DNA of 50,137 nt from Patescibacteria group bacterium (GCA_043803845.1 JAZDJT010000006.1:1-50137), one strand, 5' to 3'. Shown: positions 39,653 through 45,706, counted from the stretch's first letter. Numbers and translations: made by a program. Notes: generated from the letters alone by a model not told the origin.

Positions 39653-40249
39653 ATGAGAGCATTGATTTCTATCGTTATAGGCTATCTTTTGGGTTCTATT
39701 CCTTCGTCTTATTTAATTGCCAAAAGCAAAGGCATTGATATCACTAGAAAAGTTAAAGATGGACGGATTGGAACCGTCTCTACAATCTCTGAGGTGGGTA
39801 AGTTTTACGGATTCCTGGTAGGTCTTATGGATTTTTGCAAGGGTGCCATATCTATCATTGCCGCTGAAAAGATAGCGCAAGAAGAATGGGTGATGATAGC
39901 CTCGGGGATAGCCGCTATCATAGGTCATAATTGGTCACTGTTTCTCGGTTTCAAAGGAGGTAAAGGGGCGGCCACTACATTCGGAAATCTTTTTTATCTT
40001 CTGCCCTTACAATTTCTTTTTTCGGCGGTAATAATTATCGTTCTTGGGCATTTTTTTAAAAAGATACCCACAAAAAGAGAGGATTTTCTTTCTCTGCCGT
40101 TCAATAGGCAAATGAGAAAAAGTACTTTTTTAACTATCGTGCTTTTCTCCCTCATATCCTTTTTCGCCTTCCTGAAAGCATATCCTCCGATATATATTTT
40201 TTCTCCATTGTTTTTTTCCCCGCCCATTTTACTTAAAAAAAACAAGTAG
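39653..40249 (+). CDS. plsY: PlsY-family glycerol-3-phosphate acyltransferase with a divergent motif 1
   Basis: Has YLLGSIPSSYLIAK..GIDI, DFCKGAISI and IIGHNWSLFLGFKGGKGAATTFG. The GSGNxGATN motif is replaced by KDGRIGTVS. Confidence 0.7.
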   Translation: MRALISIVIGYLLGSIPSSYLIAKSKGIDITRKVKDGRIGTVSTISEVGKFYGFLVGLMDFCKGAISIIAAEKIAQEEWVMIASGIAAIIGHNWSLFLGFKGGKGAATTFGNLFYLLPLQFLFSAVIIIVLGHFFKKIPTKREDFLSLPFNRQMRKSTFLTIVLFSLISFFAFLKAYPPIYIFSPLFFSPPILLKKNK

Positions 40250-40283
40250 ATATCTTAACATTTTTTAAAAAAAACAAAAAAAT

Positions 40284-40745
40284 ATGAAGATAATTCTTTT
40301 AAGAAGCATCGAAAATTTGGGAAAAAAATTTGATGTCAAAAATGTGAAACCGGGTTACGCCAGGAATTTTCTTATACCTCAAAAATTAGCTATTCCCGCG
40401 AACATTCCCAATCTAAACTGGCAGAAAAAAGGCCTGGAGAATATAAAAAGAGAAAAAGAACGATTATTGAAAGTGAGAGAGGCTCTTGGAGAAAAAATCA
40501 AGGGACTCGTTTTGGAAATTAGGGTAAAGACAGGTGTAAAAGGAGAACTTTTTGAAAAAATTAATCAGGAAAAGATTGCAAGACTGCTCAAGGAGAAGGG
40601 ATTTGAAGTGGACAAAAGCAGTATTCTTCTTAAAGAGCCCTTGAGCAAAATTGGAGAATATTCCTTGAAGATAAAATTGGAAGAAGGCATCGAAACCAAA
40701 GTAAAATTAATAATATCAAAAGAAGGTAAAGAAAAAAGAATATAA
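40284..40745 (+). CDS. rplI: 50S ribosomal protein L9
   Basis: Starts MKIILLRSIENLGKKFDVKNVKPGYARNFLIPQKLA; the two-domain length fits L9. Confidence 0.92.
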   Translation: MKIILLRSIENLGKKFDVKNVKPGYARNFLIPQKLAIPANIPNLNWQKKGLENIKREKERLLKVREALGEKIKGLVLEIRVKTGVKGELFEKINQEKIARLLKEKGFEVDKSSILLKEPLSKIGEYSLKIKLEEGIETKVKLIISKEGKEKRI

Positions 40746-40762
40746 CCGAGAAGCTTACACAC

Positions 40763-42412
40763 ATGAGAGAAACAAGATACATTTTTGTTTGTGGAGGAGT
40801 AATGTCTGGGATCGGTAAGGGTATTGCCACTGCTTCTATCGGTAACATCATTCAATCTCGAGGGTTTAATGTAACAGCCATAAAGATTGATCCCTATATC
40901 AACGTTGATGCCGGAACGATGAATCCCATCGAGCACGGAGAGGTTTTTGTCACCGACGACGGCACTGAATGCGACCAGGATATAGGAAATTACGAAAGAT
41001 TTCTAGACAGGGATATTTACGACGATAATTACATCACAACTGGAAGGGTTTATGAGTCGGTCATTAAAAGAGAAAGGGATTTGTGCTATGACGGGAAATG
41101 CGTGGAAGTTGTTCCGGATATTCCTAACGAAGTAATCCGCAGAATAAAAAAAGCCGGCAAAAAAGCTGATGCCGACTTCGTCTTGATAGAAATAGGCGGA
41201 ACGGTTGGTGAATACCAGAACGCTCTTTTCTTGGAGGCCGCCAGAATGATGAAATTGTCCAACCCCAAAAGAGTAATTTTCGTCTTAGTCAGTTATCTTC
41301 CCGTCCCTCATTATCTCGGAGAAATGAAGACAAAGCCCACTCAGACTGCCGTAAGGACATTAAACGCCACCGGTATCCAACCCGATATTATTCTCGCACG
41401 CTCAGAGTATCCAGTTGACGAGAAGAGAAAAGAAAAAATTTCTGTTTTCTGCAATATTCGCAAGGAAGACGTAATCTCCGCTCCCGATATAAAGTCCATT
41501 TACGAAGCCCCTTTAAATTTTGAGAACGAGAATCTGTCTCGAAACATTTTACGAAAATTCGGTTTAAGGGCAAAGAAAGAAGACTTAAAGAGATGGAAAA
41601 AATTGGTTAGCGTGATAAAAAAGCCAAAAAGAAAGGTTAGGATAGGCATCGCCGGAAAATATTTTAGGTCGGGTAAGTTCACCCTAATGGATTCTTATAT
41701 TTCGGTTATCGAAGCTATCAAGCACGCTTGTTATTATTTTCAAGTAGAACCAGAGATTACCTGGCTTGATACGGAAGACTACGAAAGAAATCCCAATCTC
41801 TTAAAAAACATCAAAAAATTTAACGGCATCATCGTGCCGGGCGGTTTTGGCTCTCGAGGAACTGAAGGTAAAATTATGGTTATTAAGACTTGCCGAACCA
41901 AAAAAATTCCTTATTTGGGACTGTGCCTAGGAATGCAATTAGCTGTAGTGGAGTTTGCAAGGTCTGTTTCTGGTCTTAAAGGAGCTAACTCCATAGAGAT
42001 TAATCCCGACACAAGGTATCCGGTGATAGATTTAATGGAGGAACAGAAAAAACTCTTAAACCAGAAGAAATATGGCGGGACGATGAGGCTGGGAGCTTAT
42101 TCTTGCCAAATTTCGCCGAGAACCATAAGTGCAAGAGCTTATGGCCGAAAATTAATCTCAGAGAGACACAGGCATCGCTACGAGTTAAATAACGCATTTA
42201 GGTCAAGACTAGAAAAAGACGGTTTAGTTATGGCTGGTAAAAATCCCAAGAGCGATTTGGTCGAAATCATTGAAATTAAAAATCACCCCTTCTTTGTGGC
42301 AACTCAATTCCATCCCGAATTTAAGTCAAGACCGTTAAAACCGCATCCTTTGTTCAGAGAATTTATTAAAGTTCTTTTATATAAACCGCCCCCTTTCGGG
42401 GGTGGTTTATAG
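40763..42412 (+). CDS. pyrG: CTP synthase
   Basis: Has YIFVCGGVMSGIGKGI, KIDPYINVDAGTM, and a GATase domain with GLCLGMQ and HRHRYE. Confidence 0.97.
   Translation: MRETRYIFVCGGVMSGIGKGIATASIGNIIQSRGFNVTAIKIDPYINVDAGTMNPIEHGEVFVTDDGTECDQDIGNYERFLDRDIYDDNYITTGRVYESVIKRERDLCYDGKCVEVVPDIPNEVIRRIKKAGKKADADFVLIEIGGTVGEYQNALFLEAARMMKLSNPKRVIFVLVSYLPVPHYLGEMKTKPTQTAVRTLNATGIQPDIILARSEYPVDEKRKEKISVFCNIRKEDVISAPDIKSIYEAPLNFENENLSRNILRKFGLRAKKEDLKRWKKLVSVIKKPKRKVRIGIAGKYFRSGKFTLMDSYISVIEAIKHACYYFQVEPEITWLDTEDYERNPNLLKNIKKFNGIIVPGGFGSRGTEGKIMVIKTCRTKKIPYLGLCLGMQLAVVEFARSVSGLKGANSIEINPDTRYPVIDLMEEQKKLLNQKKYGGTMRLGAYSCQISPRTISARAYGRKLISERHRHRYELNNAFRSRLEKDGLVMAGKNPKSDLVEIIEIKNHPFFVATQFHPEFKSRPLKPHPLFREFIKVLLYKPPPFGGGL
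42383..42408. terminator. Hairpin between convergent pyrG and rpmA
   Basis: AAACCGCCCCC-TTTC-GGGGGTGGTTT (11 bp including one GU). It overlaps the last codons of pyrG. Confidence 0.5.
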
Positions 42413-42442
42413 AATTAGGTAAAAGCCTAAAAGACTAAGCGT

Positions 42443-42718
42443 TTAAGAAGCAACACTGACTATTTTTACCTGCTTCTTCTTTCCATCAAAACAGTTCTTT
42501 CTTGTAATTACGAATTTTACGCGACCCTCTTTAAGGGCGTAAAGCGTGTCGTCCTTGCCCTTTTTGACATTATCACCCGCGACAAAATTGGTCCCTCTTT
42601 GCCTAATAATAATATTACCAGGTTCCACAGACTGACCGTCGAAAATCTTGACTCCTAGCCTTTGAGAGTAAGAATCTCTGCCAAGAGATGTGGAACCTTT
42701 TGATTTAGTTTTTGCCAT
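42443..42718 (-). CDS. rpmA: 50S ribosomal protein L27
   Basis: Reads [44 protein letters not shown] chose the second ATG of the ORF. Confidence 0.95.
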   Translation of the reverse strand: MAKTKSKGSTSLGRDSYSQRLGVKIFDGQSVEPGNIIIRQRGTNFVAGDNVKKGKDDTLYALKEGRVKFVITRKNCFDGKKKQVKIVSVAS

Positions 42719-42852
42719 CATCTCACCCCGACCCCCGTATTAGATACCGTCGGTTTCCAACTCTCTCTTTTCGTCCTGTCTGTCTAACGACAGGCAAGCG
42801 GTAGTTGTTTTTCCACAACGGTGTAAGTGGCGGTAGGGGAATTAAAAATATA
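42719..42852 (-). promoter_or_regulatory. Structured 5' leader of rpmA
   Basis: It is about 134 nt. It has a CCUGUC-GUUAGACA-GACAGG hairpin. A 5' CCCCUACCG segment is complementary to CGGUA...GGGG, which overlaps the G-rich ribosome-binding region. Confidence 0.3.
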
Positions 42853-42858
42853 ATCATT

Positions 42859-42887
42859 ATGATATCAGATATTGAGAAATTTTTCAA
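42859..42887 (-). promoter_or_regulatory. Putative rpmA promoter
   Basis: On the minus strand: TTGAAA (42882-42887), 17 nt, TATCAT (42859-42864). Confidence 0.45.
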
Positions 42888-43006
42888 GGACAACGAAGCG
42901 GATATTATAATCGTAGCCGGAGTCATATTGATTTAGTTAATCAGCTTTGGAGTGGTTTGTTACTGGTCAGCGCTTCAAGCCTTACGCTATTTTATAGGTT
43001 TAGAGA

Positions 43007-43035
43007 TTGACAGATTCCGAGACGTAAAATATAAT
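43007..43035 (+). promoter_or_regulatory. Sigma70-type promoter, exact consensus (U1)
   Basis: TTGACA (43007-43012), 17-nt spacer, TATAAT (43030-43035). Confidence 0.7.
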
Positions 43036-43412
43036 AAAATTAGCACCTGAGAGAATTATTAATCAATTCTCAGCAGAAAAGGCTTACGGTCTCGCTTGAT
43101 AATGTCTTGCAACAATTGACTTTGATCCTTTGAGGATTTTTGATGACAGTAAAACAGTCTCCGATACTTGGAGAATCATTTTTAGGAAGGTTCTCTCCTA
43201 ATGACATTTCTTCTTTGCGACTTAAAGTATCGTTGTAATTCAAAAAATCCTTTCTCCTTACTCTTATTTAGGACGCAAGCCATAAATTCACTTTCGCTAC
43301 ATTGTTAGCGCCTTCTGGACTGATAGGTCTCTGCAGAGAGAATTGTTAATAATTTCTCTCTCTTTTCTTTTTAGAACAAATCGAAAAAGAAATTTTTTGG
43401 TTTCAGTAAAAG

Positions 43413-43445
43413 TTTTTTTGACCGAGAATCACGGTCTTTTATTTT
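43413..43445 (+). repeat. 33-nt terminator module, copy A
   Basis: TTTTTTTGACCGAGAATCaCGGTCTTTTATTTT, which is 32/33 identical to copy B. Confidence 0.85.
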
Positions 43446-43449
43446 TTTT
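43420..43449 (+). terminator. Intrinsic terminator (U1)
   Basis: GACCG-AGAAUCA-CGGUC followed by TTTTATTTTTTTT. Confidence 0.65.
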
Positions 43450-43499
43450 GAACAATTTCCTGTTGAGTTTACCCCGCCCGATCTTGTGGGGGTTTACTA

Positions 43500-43528
43500 T
43501 TGACATTTTACCTATAAAGTAATATAAT
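43500..43528 (+). promoter_or_regulatory. Sigma70-type promoter, exact consensus (U2)
   Basis: TTGACA (43500-43505), 17-nt spacer, TATAAT (43523-43528). Confidence 0.7.
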
Positions 43529-43855
43529 TTAGACAGCTCTAAAGTTCCAAATACGTGGAGAAAGACTTCTGTCTGTCGCAGAAATAGCAAGGTAGCCGGC
43601 AAAAGGGCGGAGACGTGGTTTTAATACAAGGAAGGAAGCCGATTAGGCAGCCCCTCTAAGGAATATGACAACCTTCAGCGCTTTCCTTTAAAAGGAAGAC
43701 GTAAAGGTACTCGAATCCTTAGCGTCGAAAGGCAATGTGTGTCCTAGAAACCACATCTATCGGGTACCCCCTCTCGCACAACGGAAAAGCATTAATCCGC
43801 CTTGCACTGCAGAGAAAGATAGATTAAAAGTCTTTCTCCTTTTTTTTCAACATCC

Positions 43856-43888
43856 TTTTTTTGACCGAGAATCTCGGTCTTTTATTTT
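43856..43888 (+). repeat. 33-nt terminator module, copy B
   Basis: TTTTTTTGACCGAGAATCtCGGTCTTTTATTTT, located 443 nt downstream of copy A. Confidence 0.85.
43863..43888 (+). terminator. Intrinsic terminator (U2)
   Basis: GACCGAG-AAT-CTCGGTC (7 bp) followed by TTTTATTTT. Confidence 0.75.
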
Positions 43889-43954
43889 AGACTAGTGTGG
43901 TAAGACAGTGATTTTTCTTTTTGTACCTCCACATTCGTGATATGATAGAAATCA

Positions 43955-43970
43955 ATGGGCTAACGCCCAT
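43955..43970 (+). other. GC-rich hairpin ATGGGC-TAAC-GCCCAT
   Basis: Perfect 6-bp stem with a 4-nt loop, in an AT-rich spacer. Confidence 0.6.
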
Positions 43971-44054
43971 GGCTTGCGTACCTTCAAAATTTTTCTTTGT
44001 AAAATTTTGAGATTTGTGTATTTTTCTCCGCTACGCTCCGGGCTTGCCTTGTTT

Positions 44055-44074
44055 CTACGGGCTTACGCCCGTAG
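44055..44074 (+). other. GC-rich hairpin CTACGGGC-TTAC-GCCCGTAG
   Basis: Perfect 8-bp stem. It has the same GGGC-UNAC-GCCC core as the hairpin at 43955. Confidence 0.6.
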
Positions 44075-44100
44075 TCTTGGAGCAAGAAAATATAAACATT

Positions 44101-44439
44101 ATGGAAGAACAAGATAATGAAAGTTATAGCCAACCGACGAAATATTTAAAGTTTTTTCTGATATTGATAAGCATTCTTTGCCTTATCTCCTCAACTCTTA
44201 CAGTTAAAAACTCTACCGGATTGACTTTCGCAGAGAATTTATCAACCGGCAAACTCTACATCACCAAGGATGCCTGTTTTTCAATTTGGCTTATCTCCTG
44301 TTTAAGTCTTTTTAGTTTTATCTTGGCGATTTTTAATTTTAGAAGAACGAAAATATTGGTCGTCTTTTTGATAATCGGATTGTTTCTATTGCTGTTTTCT
44401 CAAAACGCTCCGTTAGTAAAAGTTTGCATTCCTGACTAA
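44101..44439 (+). CDS. Hypothetical small membrane protein (about 3 TM)
   Basis: 112 aa from ATG 44101. The upstream TTG-initiated extension (44014) runs through GC-rich hairpins and was discarded. Confidence 0.5.
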   Translation: MEEQDNESYSQPTKYLKFFLILISILCLISSTLTVKNSTGLTFAENLSTGKLYITKDACFSIWLISCLSLFSFILAIFNFRRTKILVVFLIIGLFLLLFSQNAPLVKVCIPD

Positions 44440-44504
44440 AGAAGGCAGTTGGACTATCTAAAAGAAAAATTATAAAATACGGTTTACGTGAAATATAGAA
44501 ATAT

Positions 44505-44870
44505 ATGAAAAAAACTTTCCCTAAATTGAGTTTACCGATAAATCAAAAAAGGGTAAAGCCAAATAGAGACCCGTGCGGACTGATCAGGGAGCTTTATCAT
44601 TCTGCCAATTTAAGTATTGCCCATAATACCATTGTTGACTGCGCCAGGGAACATCTGCACAGCAAGATTGATGAGACTTACTATGTTTTAAAAGGTAAGG
44701 GACAGTTGGTAATAAATAAGAATAAATTAGAGATAAGGGAAGGCGATATTATTCCTGTCGAAAAGAATAACTGGCACTACCTGAAAAAAACTAACGACGA
44801 ACCTCTTGAGGTTTTGGTCATAACTTACCCCCGCTACAACCCGAAAGATTTGTTTTTAACCGGACATTAG
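44505..44870 (+). CDS. Single-domain cupin protein (copy 1)
   Basis: 121 aa with EHLHSKIDETYYVLKGKG (HxH..E..G) and GDIIPVEKNNWHYL (P....H). It is a paralog of 46492-46839. Confidence 0.75.
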   Translation: MKKTFPKLSLPINQKRVKPNRDPCGLIRELYHSANLSIAHNTIVDCAREHLHSKIDETYYVLKGKGQLVINKNKLEIREGDIIPVEKNNWHYLKKTNDEPLEVLVITYPRYNPKDLFLTGH

Positions 44871-44917
44871 ACTATAATGTCCTTAAAGATAAGAGAGTAA
44901 GAAATTACTCTCAAAAT

Positions 44918-44970
44918 CCTCCTCTCGATAACTGACTTATGCCAGCGGTTGAGAGGAGGTCTTTATTTTT
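44918..44970 (+). terminator. Terminator after cupin copy 1
   Basis: CCTCCTCTC ... GAGAGGAGG (9 bp with a long loop) followed by TCTTTATTTTT. Confidence 0.5.
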
Positions 44971-45025
44971 GACAATTTATAAAAAAGGCCCTTTGCTCTT
45001 TTTAGCTCGGGCCCGAGGGGTTATA

Positions 45026-45208
45026 TTATTTTTCTTCGTCGAGTAATATTTTCAGTATTGTAGCTATCTGTAGCTTTCGGCTTTTTCCTTCGAATCTTAA
45101 TTTCCAGCAGTCGAGGCAGATAAGAATTTCTAAAATGGCTCCATTCGGGAACACTACTTTAATTGGCTTGACGGCAAGAGTAATGTCACCACACAGATCG
45201 CACCACAT
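45026..45208 (-). CDS. Small zinc-ribbon-like protein (CxxC...CxxC)
   Basis: 60 aa from ATG 45208 (MWCDLCGD...CLDCWK). GGTGA lies upstream of the ATG. It overlaps the stop of the upstream membrane gene by 23 nt. Confidence 0.5.
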   Translation of the reverse strand: MWCDLCGDITLAVKPIKVVFPNGAILEILICLDCWKLRFEGKSRKLQIATILKILLDEEK

Positions 45209-45443
45209 TCTTATCACCGTTTACGGAAGTGATTAGAGCTACCGCAACGAAGATAGTCAAAGCGACCATGAAAGACAGGATGTAGAAACATTGCCAAAGC
45301 CTAGGTACAAAACACCAGAATATGATGTCTTTTTCCATCATCTTTGCTATCAGTTCAAAAAAGTAATAGCATGGTATGATTATCGCCAGCGATAGTCCTG
45401 CAGAAAATGCACTAGCAGCTAATATTTTACCCATTGTTTTCAA
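45186..45443 (-). CDS. Hypothetical small membrane protein
   Basis: 85 aa with 2-3 hydrophobic helices and AAGGAGAG upstream of the start. Confidence 0.5.
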   Translation of the reverse strand: MKTMGKILAASAFSAGLSLAIIIPCYYFFELIAKMMEKDIIFWCFVPRLWQCFYILSFMVALTIFVAVALITSVNGDKNVVRSVW

Positions 45444-45534
45444 TCACTCTCCTTTTGATATATTGGTTCTTTAACCCCCCTCCTCTTTAAGAATATTGAT
45501 TTTCCGAAGCCTCTTTATTAAAGACACTATTTTT

Positions 45535-45563
45535 ATAGTAGCACATAAATTGAATTACGTCAA
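45535..45563 (-). promoter_or_regulatory. Putative promoter of the 45443-45026 gene pair
   Basis: On the minus strand: TTGACG (45558-45563), 17 nt, TACTAT (45535-45540). Confidence 0.45.
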
Positions 45564-45648
45564 ATAAATCGGTTCACCTTTTTTAAAAGAGGAAATTGGG
45601 TTCTGCTATCAATCAAAAAAGCGCTTGAATCTAAAAAGCGCCGCCATA

Positions 45649-45678
45649 TTGACTAATCTTTTCTTGTGTGCTTATAAT
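45649..45678 (+). promoter_or_regulatory. Putative promoter of the 45707 gene
   Basis: TTGACT (45649-45654), 18 nt, TATAAT (45673-45678). Confidence 0.5.
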
Positions 45679-45706
45679 CAAAACAGCTCTTACGGAGGTG
45701 GTTAGA

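Larger units (their letters stand above)
43042..43449 (+). ncRNA. Candidate non-coding transcript U1 (about 400 nt), family unknown
   Basis: It is bounded by the exact-consensus promoter 43007-43035 and the hairpin+T-tract terminator 43420-43449. It has no ORF of 60 codons or more. Related GAGAAUU/AAUUCUC hairpins sit at 43047-43073 and 43336-43360. Confidence 0.45.
43535..43888 (+). ncRNA. Candidate structured RNA U2 (283-nt core, 43557-43839), family unknown
   Basis: It starts at the exact-consensus promoter 43500-43528. A 12/12-bp closing helix pairs 43557-43568 with 43828-43839, followed by U8 and then terminator 43863-43888. Several hand-paired long-range helices and one crossing helix are listed in the findings. 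Confidence 0.55.

Noticed and set aside
42723-42926. 67-aa minus-strand ORF immediately upstream of rpmA, which might have been rplU.
   Set aside because: The translation has no L21 motifs. The ORF spans the predicted rpmA promoter and leader hairpins and overlaps the rpmA RBS, so it is treated as non-coding leader.
43630-43650. GGAAGGAAGCCGAUUAGGCAG resembles the SRP RNA domain IV string GGAAGGAAGCAGCC.
   Set aside because: The 5' side (ACAA) cannot form the helix that presents a GGAA tetraloop, and the symmetric and asymmetric loop partners (CAGG...AGCA) are missing.
43706-43722. GGTACTCGAATCCTTAG looked like a tRNA or tmRNA T-arm (TCGAATCC).
   Set aside because: The flanks do not form a 5-bp T stem. 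There is no acceptor stem, D-arm or CCA context, and no tag-peptide ORF. I found no tRNA-like cloverleaf anywhere in the window.
43760-43775. CGGGUACCCCC looked like a possible T-box (GGGUGGUACCGCG) motif.
   Set aside because: It lacks the UGGN tRNA-acceptor-binding bulge and a specifier-loop or Stem I architecture. The downstream gene is not an amino-acid-related gene.
43596-43810. U2 as RNase P RNA, based on a P4-like AAG-bulge-GCGG helix with an A-rich 5' junction.
   Set aside because: This is not adopted as the call. There is no P3 hairpin, the bulged nucleotide is G rather than the conserved U, and the CR-I, CR-IV and CR-V consensus strings are absent. It is kept only as a hypothesis to test with covariance models.
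44014-44100. TTG-initiated N-terminal extension of the 44101 membrane protein.
   Set aside because: It reads through two GC-rich hairpins and gives a non-hydrophobic, Pro/Gly-rich peptide unlike the rest of the protein. ATG 44101 was chosen instead.
45615-45641. A6-GCGCTT-(9 nt)-AAGCGC hairpin that would act as an intrinsic terminator on the minus strand.
   Set aside because: No minus-strand gene ends upstream of it. It has a 6-bp stem in a divergent promoter region and is possibly an insulator against antisense read-through, but the evidence is too weak to call.
45668-45706. GTG start of the 182-aa ORF.
   Set aside because: A -10 TATAAT (45673-45678) of a good promoter lies inside it. TTG 45707 has GGAGGTG at proper spacing.
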